Of a DNA stretch of 64,000 nucleotides, positions 30,133-41,420 are shown in pieces. This DNA is from Emiliania huxleyi CCMP1516. Lineage: Eukaryota. The stretch spans positions 124,001 through 188,000 of the forward strand of contig NW_005202113.1 of assembly GCF_000372725.1 (NCBI RefSeq), in the 5' to 3' direction. Positions within the stretch are counted from its first letter, which is position 1. Every line of letters begins with the position of its first letter. The position numbers and the translations under genes were made by a program. Below the pieces are notes generated by a model, which was not told the origin of the DNA, did not search any database, and saw nothing but the letters and a program-made list of their open reading frames with translations.

Positions 30133-32702
30133 AACACACCGCGGCAGTGGGGTGCTCGGGCTGCGCAAAACCATCTCGCGCTCGCCCTCCGAGTCCAGCG
30201 AGTACGCGGACACCCACCCGCGCCTGCGGCACAAGCCGTGCCTCGCGTCGAGCAGGGAGACGCTCGCGGACGGCACTGCACTGCCGCGCGGGCTCGTCTC
30301 GCGGCTGTCGATGCTCGAGCTCTCACGGCTGACCGCACCCACGGGCCCGCAGTTCGGCCCGACCGCGAGCAGTCTCCACTGCGGTGCCCTCTCTGATTCG
30401 AAGCTCCGCCGCAGCCGCTCGGCGACTTCTCTCGGCTCGGTAGGGTCGGTGCCGACGACGGAGCAGGCAATGATCGACGGCTCGGGCTCGCGGCTGGCGG
30501 TGCTCGCCGATCGGCCCGGCGGCTCGCGGAATCCGTCCCCGGCGCCGGGCAAAGCGCCCACGACGGGCTGCGACAAGAGCCGGCGAGCCTGCTTGCGAAG
30601 AGGCACGCTCAGCGCGAGCACGAGCGCGAGCACGGACTGCGGACGCACGTCGGATGGAGGCGATGCGGGGCAGACGAGCTCTCTCTTTGAGACAGGCGGC
30701 GGGACGGGCGGCGGGCCCCCCGCCGCCGGCGAGGCGGCGCTCGAGGGGAGCGCTGATGGCGCGGCGGGCCCGAGTGGCTCTGTGGGCGGGAGGCCGCTGG
30801 ATGCGTTGCTGCAGCCGCTGCTGCAGCCTCTCGTCGAGCGTGTCGTCCCCGAGGCCTGGCGCGGCACGGTGGAGGGGGTGAGCGCCTCCGCGTGGGCCGC
30901 CGCCTCGCAGCCTCTCTCGACGGGCGCCGGCGTCTCGGCGTGGGCCGCCGCGCGCGCCTACGGTCTCGCTCCCGTTGGGTGGCGGGCGTGGCCGGCGGGC
31001 TCGACGGCGCGCGAGGTGGTCGGGTGGCTGCAGGAGCGGCCGGGTCCGCTCGCGGGGCTCGGAAGCGCGCTCGGCGAGTGGCAGGCACTCGTGGAGGAGC
31101 AGATAGCGCAGCAGCAGGAGGAGCTCGACGAGCAGAGACGGGCCGCAGTCGCTCTTCGGGAGGGGTGAGCTGCTTCAGTGGCCCCCTCGCGTCCTCGCCC
31201 TCCCCTGGCCCCCCCCCCCGCCCTCCCCGCCCCACCACCCTTCCCCCCCGCCCTCGTCCGCAGGTGCTCCATCGCACCGCCCGCCGAGCCAACCACGAGG
31301 ATCGGCAGCGAGGAGATGCAGCTGCAGAGTGGAGACATGCTCGGGGAGGTGCACGTGCATGCCGCCGACCACCACGCTCTGCACGCAACCGAGCTGCAGC
31401 CGCCGCAGCCGCCGCAGCCGCCGCAGCCGCCGCAGCCGCCGCAGCCGCCGCAGCCGCCGCAGCCGCCGCTTTTCCAGCTGCCAGGCCCGATGCGGCCGCC
31501 GTGCAGCGAGGCGGCGAGGCGGGTCGAGGCGGGTGGTCGGGCGGAGGCTCGAGCGGCGCCGCACCGCGCTCCTGCCGCGCCGCGGCGGCCGCGGCTGGTC
31601 CCGACGGCCTTCTCGTGGCCGGGGGAGTGCCACGCCGCGTTCCTCTCGGGCTCCTTCAACAACTGGAGCGAGCGCATCCCGCTCGAGAGGCGGTGCGACT
31701 CGCCCGGCCGCGCCGAGCCCTGCTCCGACTGGTCTCTCGTCCTCCCCCTCCCGCCGGGCGAGTACGCGTACAAGTTCATCATCGAGGCGCCCGCCGGCTG
31801 CTTGCGCTGGGACACCTCTGGCGCCTGAGCACGGCTTGTGCAGACACTGCCCCGCCACTCGTGTCCGTCACACGTCCTTGGACGCGCGTCTCGCAGGCGC
31901 CGAGCAAACCGTCGCCGACGAGGGCGGGGTGCTGCACAACTGGCTGGTGGTGGTGCCGCAGGACGAGGACGGCGAGCCGGCCGCTCACACCGGTACGCGC
32001 GCGTCGCTCACGGCGGCGGCCCTCTCGATCGTCGACGCGCGCGGGCCGGACGAGGAGGAGGAGAGCTACTCGCAGGAGGTGCCCGCCGAGGTGGTGGAGC
32101 TCTTCTTCGCGACAGAGCCGCCCCCCCTCCCGCCCCACCTCGCCGAGCACGCCGCCGCGCTCGCCGAGCCGTCCCGCCGCCCTCCGCCGCGCCGGCCGCC
32201 GCCGCCGCCGCGACCGCCGCCGCCGTCGCTCATCCAGTCGCCGCTGCTGCTCCCCACCGCGCCCATCCCGCCCTCGCTCCTCGCCGCGCTCCCCGAGCTG
32301 CGCCAGAGCCACGCCGCCGCCGCCGCCGCGGCGGCGGCGAAAGGGGAAGTGGCTGCGGCGCCGTTGCTGCTCGCCTCCGGCTGTGCTGCTCGCTCCGGGT
32401 CCGCAGTGGCGCGGGAGGCGGCGTCGCGGCGCGACGATCCTGTCCCTCATCACGCGATCGGCCCTCCGCCTCCTCACCCCTCCCGGCCTCTCGACGGTAG
32501 GCTCACTGCGCCGGGGCGGGGTTCGGCAGCGGAATGCGCCGTCGCTTACGGAGGCCCTCACTGCCACGCGACACTGAACCATTGCGCTTGGAGTGTCGAC
32601 CCTTCCGCCGGCAACGGCGAGGCCCGGGTCGCTCGCCTCCAGGTCAAGCGGCGATGCCGGCACAAGTTCGTGACCAACGAGCTGGTCCGGTTCGTTAACT
32701 GA
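30125..32702 (+). CDS. AMPK/SNF1 beta-subunit-like protein (CBM48 glycogen-recognition domain and C-terminal ASC region) with a long N-terminal extension; introns 31165-31263 (GT) and 31821-31896 (GC)
   Basis: VPTAFSWPG..AFLSGSFNNWSERIPL, LPPGEYAYKFII, EPPPLPPHL, HATLNH and RCRHKFVT. Both splice junctions keep the frame. Confidence 0.85.
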
Positions 32703-33119
32703 GGCAGCTCGCAGGTGGGCGGAGTCGTGTCGTGACGCTCCGGCGCGTTGGCTGCGTCGGTTGCGCGTTGCGCAAATCCATACACATGGCACCAGCCGTG
32801 GCCTGTGGGGGGTGGCGAGTCGAGAGGGGGGAAACGTTGTGTGTTTCATGGACCTCGCCCACACACAGCGGGCACAGACCAGACGTCACCAGCGCGCGTT
32901 GCGCAGCACTTGGAGGAGCGTAGCTCGGCTACTTGATCTGCTCTGTGCACACCGGTCGAGTCATTTCAGCTTTGAGTGTTACTGTTAGAGTTGTCATTCT
33001 CATATTAGATTTTAGACATTCTGACTCGGAACCAAAGGATGTTACAGGTCCGCTGCGAAGGGTTAATAAAAACAACTCTCTCTCACAGCAGAAAAAACGG
33101 ACATCCCTTAGGGCCGCTG

Positions 33120-34299
33120 ATAAATAAATAAATAAATACAACGGACATCCCAAGCTAGGGCTGGGTCGAGGACAGACACGTCCCCACCTTTGCAGGATTT
33201 TGCAAAAGCGAGGGGGGAGGGCGCATCGCCGCGCGGAGAGGGCTGGGCACAGGGCACAGGGGATCTCTCTCGCATAGGATATGCACTCGGCGGCACGAGG
33301 GCAAGGCTGGGCGTCCTATGTTTGTGCTCCCCCCCGGACCCCTCGCTCTCGGGCACTAACCATCTGACCACTCATCGACGGGGCTTGGCGAGCGGCCGCG
33401 CTGCGGGGCAGGGCTGGTGAGAATGGGCTCTGGCCACTCGCCCGTGCGGTTGTAACCCCGCATCTGTCGGACAGAGGCCTCGACCGCCCCTCGCGGCAAG
33501 CTCTTGAGCATCTCGAGCAGCTCGCCCGCCGCCATCGCCGCCTCAAACTGCTCCCTCATGCCGAGCGCGCCGCATACCCTGCGGACCGCCTCCTGCTGCA
33601 CCTCGTCCGGCGTATCGGTTTCATAGCCGGACGAGTCAGCGGAGGCGGCCCGCTTGGCGGGCGGAGAGTCGGGCGACGGCGAGCGCGACTGGCGCGAGGG
33701 CCCGCTGCCGCGCGCGGACAGCGCGTTCTTGTCAACGAGACGGGGTCCAGCATCGGCACGGCCCCTGGCACCGCGGCCCTTGCCGCGCTGCTGCTGCCCA
33801 CGCTTCCTGCCCGGGTTAGGGACAGTGAAGGAGCAGCCGCGCACTCCGCCGCCGCTGGGCGGCGGCGGCACGCGCGCGGCGGCGGCCGGGCCCGCAGGCG
33901 CGGCGGGCTGGCCACCCGCGGTGGCACCCTGCGGCTGCGATGCGGCTGCGGCGGCGTACGTCTTGGGCGCCGGCTCCGCGGCTGGCGGCGCGGCGGCAGG
34001 GGCGGGCGGCGCCGCAGGGCTCGCGCTCGCAGGCGGCTCCGTGGCCTGCGCCTGCCGCTCCTGGCGCACAGCGCGCTCGAGCTGCGAGTGCGGGTGCAGC
34101 TGTACGATGACGTCGCCGCTCTGCGTCGCGGTGAAGGAGACCGAGTACGGCGCTTCGCCGTCGTTCTTCTTCTCCGCGTAGACGAGCGCGTAGTCGCACA
34201 CCTGTCGTTGGTGGTCAGTGAAGATGGTCTCTGTGCAGCGCTCGGCGGAGCCGACGCGAGAGAAGTGCCGCCTGAACGCCATGCGTCAGGCGCTGTTTT
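33120..34299 (-). mobile_element. 1.18-kb non-autonomous retroposon with a single ORF, conserved 3' core, (TTTA)n tail and 12-bp TSD
   Basis: TTAGGGCCGCTG at 33108-33119 and 34300-34311; tail at 33120-33138; the 3' region is homologous to the other copies in the window. Confidence 0.85.
33356..34282 (-). CDS. 308-aa ORF carried by the retroposon (possible LINE ORF1-like protein)
   Basis: Uninterrupted ATG-to-stop ORF starting 17 nt inside the element, with a globular N-terminus, a KTYAAAAA motif, a basic RG-rich middle and a helical C-terminus. No RT or endonuclease motifs. Confidence 0.65.
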   Translation of the reverse strand: MAFRRHFSRVGSAERCTETIFTDHQRQVCDYALVYAEKKNDGEAPYSVSFTATQSGDVIVQLHPHSQLERAVRQERQAQATEPPASASPAAPPAPAAAPPAAEPAPKTYAAAAASQPQGATAGGQPAAPAGPAAAARVPPPPSGGGVRGCSFTVPNPGRKRGQQQRGKGRGARGRADAGPRLVDKNALSARGSGPSRQSRSPSPDSPPAKRAASADSSGYETDTPDEVQQEAVRRVCGALGMREQFEAAMAAGELLEMLKSLPRGAVEASVRQMRGYNRTGEWPEPILTSPAPQRGRSPSPVDEWSDG

Positions 34300-34431
34300 T
34301 TAGGGCCGCTGGACAGGCAGACACAGGCTAAAAAAGAATTCTTCCGCCTCGGCCGCGGCGGCGGCGTTCTCGGTAGGAGGGCGGTCACCGCTCCATCGAG
34401 CGACTCGCACCGGTCTGCCACCGCTGTCCTT

Positions 34432-36869
34432 GATGGAGGAGCCGTCGCGCGACGCGGTTCTCGTGCTATCGAAGCTGGTGCGGCAGATTGAGGAGGGGCG
34501 CGAGCTGCTGCTCCGATCGGCCGGCGACAACGCATTTGGCTACACGGCAGATGCGGCTGCGCAGGTCTCGAGCTCAATCGAGACGACGCTCGCGCTCTGC
34601 CGTCGCGCCGAGAACGTGCTTCAAATGTGGACCACTCTCTCGGCGGCCACCACGACGGCGGCGGACGATCGGGCGGTGACGCCGGCCGCTATCGAGCCGC
34701 TCGCGGAGGAGGTGCGTAGGGCGGTGCGCGAGTTTGAGATCGTGGCCGAGGCGGCGCGCTCGCAGATGGCGCAGGCCGGCTCGCATCACTCGCAGCTGCG
34801 GCAGGCGGCGGGCGAATCCCTCTTTGGCGACGCGCTCGACATCTTTGCCAGTCGTTCGCAGGTGTGTACTAGAGCAGCGCCAGCAGAACGAAGCTCTCCT
34901 CTCTCACACACAAGCAGACGCCGGGTGCCACACGGGCACCGGCCGTCACAGTAGCACGGCCGCCTCAGCGCCCCTTGCGAGGGCGAGGCATTGCAGCGAG
35001 GCACTACAGCGAGGCACTGCAGCACTCGTGCACACTCTGCCGGCGCCTTGCCACACAAGCTGGTCGGCGGCCGCAGGTGAACCGGACCTGGGACGCGCTC
35101 CTCTCGATGGAGCCGTCCTCGCGGCCGCGGGAGTCGGCCTCGCCCGCGCCCTTCGCGCGCCCCGCCCGCGGTGCCGCCCTCGGAGGAGCGCCCTCGACGC
35201 CGCCCTCGCGCCGCTTTGGCGGCGGCGCCGCGACGCCCTCCGCAGCGCTCGACATTTGGGAGAGCCGGATGCACGACTCGGGCGCCGCAGCCCCCCCCCC
35301 GCCCCCCTCACACACCACACGCGCCTTGGCGCCGGCCCGCCCCGCCCGCCGCCCCACCCCCGCCCGCCGCCCGCCCTCACCCCGTCGGCCTCCCCTCGCC
35401 GCGCCGCTCTGCAGGCTCGCGCACCGCGCTCTACGGCTCGCCGCCGCTCGAGGCCTCGCACGACGACGCCTTCCTCCTCGCGGCGCGTGCGCGCGAGCTC
35501 TCCATCCGGGCGGTCGGCGACGACGAGGTGTCTGTGCGGGCAGAGAGCTCTGACGGCGGCGCGTCGACGACGCTGGCCGAGGTGCGGCAGCAGATCGACG
35601 CGCTCCGCGCGCTCACGCCGCAGCTTGAGGAGCTCGTCGTCGCCTCGGTGTGGAGCTTCGGCGCTGCGGAGGCGGCGCGGCTGAGCGGCCTCGAAGAGCA
35701 GGCGCGAGGGCTCGCGAGGCAGGCGCGGACCCTGCTCAGCAGCACTTCGATGACGGAGGCGGCCACCGAGGCGCGCGCGGCGCTCGAGGCGGAGGTCAGC
35801 CGGTTCGGAGAGATCGCCGCCCTCGCGCGCTCCGCGATGGAGCAGATGCAGCCCGCCGGCGCGCCGTCGGCCGCCCCTGCGACGCCCGGCGCCACGCTCC
35901 ACGCCGCCGCCTCCCCGCCGCCGGAGCCGAGCCTGCACACGCCCGCCGCCAGCCGGGGCGGCGCCGGCCGAGGCGGCGCCTCGAGCCGGCCGAGGAGCGC
36001 CGCCCCGCCGGGAGAGCGGCTCACCCTCGCGAGTCACACCCCTGAGCTCCGGCGCACCGCTGACGCGTGTAGGACCGAGCCGGGCACGTCGACCCCCGCC
36101 TCGGCCGGGTGGGAGTCGCTGCGGGCGAGGGTGGGGGGCGCCGTCGACCACGGCCTGGCCGGCGTGCTGCAGTCGGCGGGTGGCCTCGGGGGCGCGGGCG
36201 GCGGCGCGGGCGGCGGCGCGGGCGGCGGCGCGGGCGGCAGCGCAGAGCCAGAGCACGTCGCGGAGAGGGTCACGTGGAGCGAGGCAGCGGCGCCGGTGGC
36301 TAAGGATGGCGGCGCCGCCTCGAGGAGAGAGGGGGCGAGGAGAGAGGGGGCGGCTCCGCGGCCGGGGCCGACGTCGCAGCTTCCGTACGACGAGGCGACG
36401 CCGCCGCCGCCGCAGGAGCCGCCGCCGCAGCAGCAGCAGATGCAGGTGCTGCAGCAGCAGCCGCCGCAGCAGAATCAGCAGGCGCTGCAGGAGTCGGTGG
36501 CGCTGAACAACACCCTCATCGAGGAGCGGGGGGCGGCCATCCAGGCGCTCTCTCTGGCGAGGAGAGGAGCTCTCAGCACTGTCTCGGCTCGACCCGGCCT
36601 CCCTCTCCGCTAGGCCATATCCGGCGAGGTCGAGGCGCTCGGGGAGCTCTTCGTCGAGGTGCGCCTCACGCCGCCGCTGGGAGGGGAGGAGCGGGCAGTG
36701 GGCCTCCTCTCAACGAGCGACTTCGCCATAGGTCGCCCACCTGGTCGACGCGCAGTCAGCACCTCTCGACCAGTTTGGCGACGACGTCGCAAAAGCGCAC
36801 GCGGCGACCGTCGCCGCCAACCGCGAGCTCGAGAGGGCGGCGAACCAGAAGGGTTGTGCGATTGCGTAG
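34432..36869 (+). CDS. Syntaxin-like (Qa-SNARE) protein with long coiled-coil N-terminus, ending in CaaX (CAIA*); multi-exon
   Basis: Splicing 36545-36613 and 36659-36731 gives LIEERGAAIQAISGEVEALGELFVEVAHLVDAQSAPLDQFGDDVAKAH...ANRELERAANQKGCAIA*, a syntaxin-7/12-type SNARE motif. The upstream exon structure is approximate. Confidence 0.75.
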
Positions 36870-36981
36870 CCGGAAGCGACAGACTGGGGGCGCGGCCGTG
36901 CGCATTTTGACAGTAATTCAGGGGTGGAGCCGCCGCCAGTCCTCTTCCTAGGCTGTAGTCTCTGTGAGATGACTTTGTGAG

Positions 36982-36982
<1 letters not shown>

Positions 36983-37066
<84 letters not shown>
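36983..37066. repeat. (TG)42 microsatellite
   Basis: Direct reading. Confidence 0.97.
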
Positions 37067-37067
<1 letters not shown>

Positions 37068-37258
37068 CCGTGCTATGTGTCCTCTAGTGTCGCTCTCTCT
37101 CGTGAGACTGCTGACTCGTCTAGCGAGCGCCGTCTCACCCAGGCCCAGCGTCGTCTCTTCTCCTCCTGTTGTCTCTCTCCCCACGACTCTCTGTGAACTT
37201 GTTGTGCTCCGCGCTGTCGTTGTGCTCGATTCATTGTGCGCGCCACTCACTCGAGCGC

Positions 37259-38434
37259 CATTCGTGCACAAAGCAGATACCAGACGTCGGTTTCCCATCG
37301 GGTTTCTGCTGCGGTTTCCCATGGCGGTTTCCCATAGCCGAAAACCCAGGGGTCGGTCGGTTTCTGCGGCGCTCTCTGGTTTTTCTGGGATCTGTTTTAT
37401 GGGACACCCGCCTCGATTTCCCGTGGGATCTGCCTGTGGGTCTGGTTTCTGCGGTGTGAATACATCTCCCGCTTCGTCCTAATGAGCTCATTCCGGCCAA
37501 TGAACAGGTGTCCCCCATCCGATTTTTTTCAAGTGGGAACAGCAAAAAAGCGGCATGCATTCTGCGTTCTGGTTTCTGGTTTCTGCTCCGATTGGTCGCG
37601 ACTGGTGATGAGTGTTAAGCTGAGGTTGTCAACGCCGGGTGCGGGTAAATCTCGGCACGGATCGGCACGTGTGGTAGCGTGCGATGAGGCCTTGCCAGCT
37701 CCTGGTGGTGCCCTCAAGATCGCCGCGCGCATTGGCCGCTCCGCCGACGTTGTGATAGAGCTTCTTTCTGTCTCCAACAGAGTAGATCCAAACACTCTAT
37801 TGATAGGTGATAGGTACTCAAAACACTCGCACAACGCCTGCTTTCACAGCTCAGCCTTTCAGGGCTTGGGCATGACAAGCAACGGCCCCGCCGGTCGGCG
37901 TCCAATGCACGAGGCAGCCATGTTGGCTGCCACGGCGTTTCCGCTCGGGATCGCGGCAGCCTGGCGGACTCGACCGCATCGCAGGCCTCCCTCCCGTGAG
38001 CCACAAAAGTGCGTGGCAGCGCGGCGCGCCGCCAACCTCGCTTTCGGAGCAGAAACCAGAAACCAGAAACCATAATGCCTGGAGCGATAAAACGGTTCCC
38101 CCCAAGGGTTCCTCCCACCCAGAACATGCTGCTGTCTTAGTACTCCCGTTCGACCCATTCGGAATCCGATTAGTTAATGAGGGGTCATTCCGCCGGAATG
38201 ACCCCTCCACGGGGAGATCGTTCACACCTCGAAAAACCAGAACCCAGAGTGTCTGGACCGATATTCCCATGGCCCGGATGTTTTCTGTGGGATGTGTCGA
38301 AAAAGCAGAATACAGAGCTCCTCCTCCTATAAGGCAGACGGTTTCTTGATAGCTGATATGCCAGGGAAGAGCCTGGTATCTCAGTATGTTATTTCCTATG
38401 ATATAACATAGTGGGATCTGGTTTATGCACACCT
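37259..38434. mobile_element. Degenerate foldback/MULE-like element with long imperfect TIRs and a probable 9-bp TSD
   Basis: Mirror blocks at 37264-37282/38412-38430, about 37437-37470/38211-38246 and 37571-37590/38045-38064. CTCGAGCGC lies at 37250-37258 and 38435-38443. Confidence 0.7.
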
Positions 38435-38751
38435 CTCGAGCGCGAGACAGATTTTTCTCTCTTCACACTTGTTCATTATCTGTGCGCTTGTACCACACTT
38501 TTCAAAGGCATCCCACGCTTTCCGAACGAAACCGATCTGTCGCGGACAGCCCCGCGCACCGAACACGAAAAGCCCACCGCCGAGATAGGGCAAGTAGTAT
38601 TTGAAACACGTTGTGAGACCTGCGTTGGTTCTGCGCGAGGGCACTCTGGGATGCAAGCACGGTGTGATCTCGTCTTGACGACTCGTCAACGTCATCTGAT
38701 CTATATTGCGTGAGCGAGAGCCCGCGCGGCGAGCGAGCCCGCTGCCGCTCT

Positions 38752-39772
38752 TCACCCGCTGACGCTTGCGCTTGGCACTTCCTCGCCTTCTGGATCGTCG
38801 TACGAGTATGTCATGTCGCCATCCTGGTCGGTGAAGCGACCGATCGCCTTGCAGATGGCGTACGCGCTCTTGCCAGGCTGCTCACAAAAGGCAAGCCGCG
38901 CCGCAGTGAACTCGGACTCGGAGCCTCTGCCCGCCTTTTTAGACACGGTTTCGATTCGACTCAGCTCCTGCCCAATCTTCACCCGCTTGTCCCTAGCCGT
39001 CGAGGGCGTTGCTCTCAGAGCGCCCTCAAGCTCTTTCCGCTTGCACCACGTCTTCTCCTTGTCAAATGCGATAGTCAGGCTGCCATCGCAGTAGGCTTGG
39101 CGCAGCTCGTCCTGCTCGCGGTCTCGCCGGGTCATCGCGCAGGTGGGCGTCTCCATGTTGTGACCGAGCGAGCAGTACTCGGCGTAGGCGGCCTGGTGCA
39201 CCGCGATGCTGAACGGGATGAGGCGTATCTGCCTGCGAGAGACGGGCTACGCAGGGGTGAGAGAGGGTCAGGGTCGCGTCACTGTCCAGGGCCGGTGCCG
39301 GCCACTTGAGCAGTTCCTTGCGCGCGGTGGTGTTTGTGAGGCCACGGAGCTTCCTCGCCACGTCCTGCCGCTCGCACATCCGGCGCTGATCGGTGGACAG
39401 GTCGGGCTTGACGCAAAGCCATTCGAAGACGGCGTCGTCGACCCACATGCCGCCGTGATCCGTGCAAATTGGGAGCGCCTTGGCGTCTGCGGTGGAGCAG
39501 AACTGCTTCTTCATCGCGGTGTAGGTCTTGGACGCCTCGGACTTCGAGATGGCGTGCAGGGAGACGAGGATAGGCTTCCTCTCCTTTGCCGACGTGGCCG
39601 CATTGTACTGATCGATCAGGGCGCGGCGGCGGCAGACGGCCTGCGCCTGGTGGCTCTCGGTGCACCAAAAGGAGTACATCCGGGCGACCGCGTCCTCCGC
39701 CGACGCGGCGCGGGTCGCCGAGAGCGCACGCGGAACGCACGCGAGCAGCAGGCAAAGCGCACGCCGAGTCAT
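38752..39772 (-). CDS. Secreted protein with repeated Cys-paired helical modules; intron 39305-39233
   Basis: Signal peptide MTRRALCLLLACVPRALSA, recurring (Y/F/W)C-x7-12-C units, and an in-frame splice AA|G. Confidence 0.65.
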
Positions 39773-40669
39773 CTTTGTCGACACGTCGGATAAGTAACCG
39801 TCGATGCTGTGGTGGCGGTGTGTTTTAGGTATGGTGTGTAGTCCTCCCAACCTCGAATGCTTTCTTTCTTTCTTTTTCTGCGCGCGCGGTGTTTAGTTTC
39901 AATTCGCTTCGGAGACAAAACAAAAAAGAAACTCGAAAACTTGATAAGTCTTTTCTCCCCCCAGCTGAGGGGGTGGTTGCGGAGTTGCACCGTCCGTTTC
40001 GCAAGCGGCTAGCGATTATTTCAACACGAAACACCGCCGTCTGTGTGGCGCGAGTGGAGTGTGGCGCGAGTGGCGCTGCGGCGCGGACATCGCGTGGACC
40101 GTGGTGTAACTCTTGATCATATCCTCATGCGGCGCCTCGATGACGTCGGTCGCCCCGAGCCGGAACCAGTCCCACACCCGCACGCGCAGCACGACCCTCT
40201 TGAAGCGGCCGCGCTCGCGCTCAAGGTGTAGATACAGGTATCCTTTCAGACGCACCATGCCGTTCCCGCGCCCGTGCTTTTTCTTTGAGCTAAGCCTTCG
40301 AGAGAGAGAGATTTTAGGAAACCAACAAGAAATCACGACTCTCACAGTGATTTGGGCTCGACAGCTTGTTACCATCGATGTTATGAAACAACAAACGCAA
40401 GGCGGGCACACGCACATCGCTCTCGGGCCCACAGACATCCCGCACACCCGCCGCCCCCGCGCGCGCCCCACCCCGGCCGGGAGAGAGGGGAGTGACAGTT
40501 TGGGACGGCGACAGACGAGATACCTCGCACTCCATGTGCGAGAACGCAGAGAGAAAATGAAAGCCGTCCGGCCCCCAAGTCCGGCTCACGCGCCCCGAGC
40601 TGACCATCTACCGCACTGGACACTTCCGCCCCCTCGCTCCCAACCCATCCGCCTCGCCGACCGCAGAAC

Positions 40670-40772
40670 CGCGCGATCTCGGGCGATCTCGGGCCGCGCC
40701 GCGCGATCTCGGGCGATCTCGCGCTATCTCGGGCGATCTCGGGGCCGCGCCGCGCTATCTCGGGCGATCTCG
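40670..40772. repeat. Degenerate 10-11-bp tandem repeat (GCGATCTCGG)
   Basis: Repeated CGCGATCTCGGG units; the same motif occurs in a TPS intron near 21531-21563. Confidence 0.8.
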
Positions 40773-41089
40773 GAGCGTCGCTCGCGCGGCGGCACAACCT
40801 GCACAAAAAAGGAAGGGCCCGGTTGGAGCCACGGGGCTCACGTGCTCGCTCGGTGCGCCGCCTCACTCTGCGCCATTTTTGAGGCGTTGGCGAGGGCCGG
40901 TGAGGCGGCGCCCCGCGCGGCGCGTTCATCGCCCTCCACGCCGACCCCTGCGCGCACCGCTCATCTTGGCCCTCCTGGGGTTACTCTCGCGCTCGCGCAG
41001 GACCCGGGGGACTCCCTTCCCCCCACCTCCGACGGGTTAGGTCGGTTCTGCGCCCCTTGGCGCCTGTGCATGTCCCGCGTGCCCGCCCG

Positions 41090-41420
41090 CCAAGGCTGGT
41101 GCCAAGGCCAATTCAACTGCCAAGGCTGGTGCCAGGGCCAACTCAACTGCCTGGCTGGTGCCAAGGCTCAAAGGCTCTCCTCTCTCTCTCTCCTCCCTCT
41201 CCACTCTCTCAACTTTCTCCCTCTCTCTCCCCTGAGACTCTCTCTGCTCGCTCCGCCCTCTCTCTCCCTCCCTCCCTCCCTCCCTCTCGCCCCCCCCCCC
41301 CCCTCTCTTCTCTCCTCTCCCCCCCCTCCTATCTCCTCTCTCCTCCTCTCTCCTCTCCTCTCCTCTCCTCTTCTCATCTCCTCCCCTCTCCTCCTCTCCT
41401 CTCTCCCCCCCTCTCTCCCT
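41090..41420. repeat. 30-bp tandem repeat (about 2.5 copies) followed by a polypyrimidine tract
   Basis: CAAGGCTGGTGCCAAGGCCAATTCAACTGC at 41091 and 41121, partial at 41151, then a near-pure C/T run to about 41420. Confidence 0.85.

Noticed and set aside
36948..37482. ORFs with (HT)n or (CV)n runs
   Set aside because: They are translations of the TG microsatellite.
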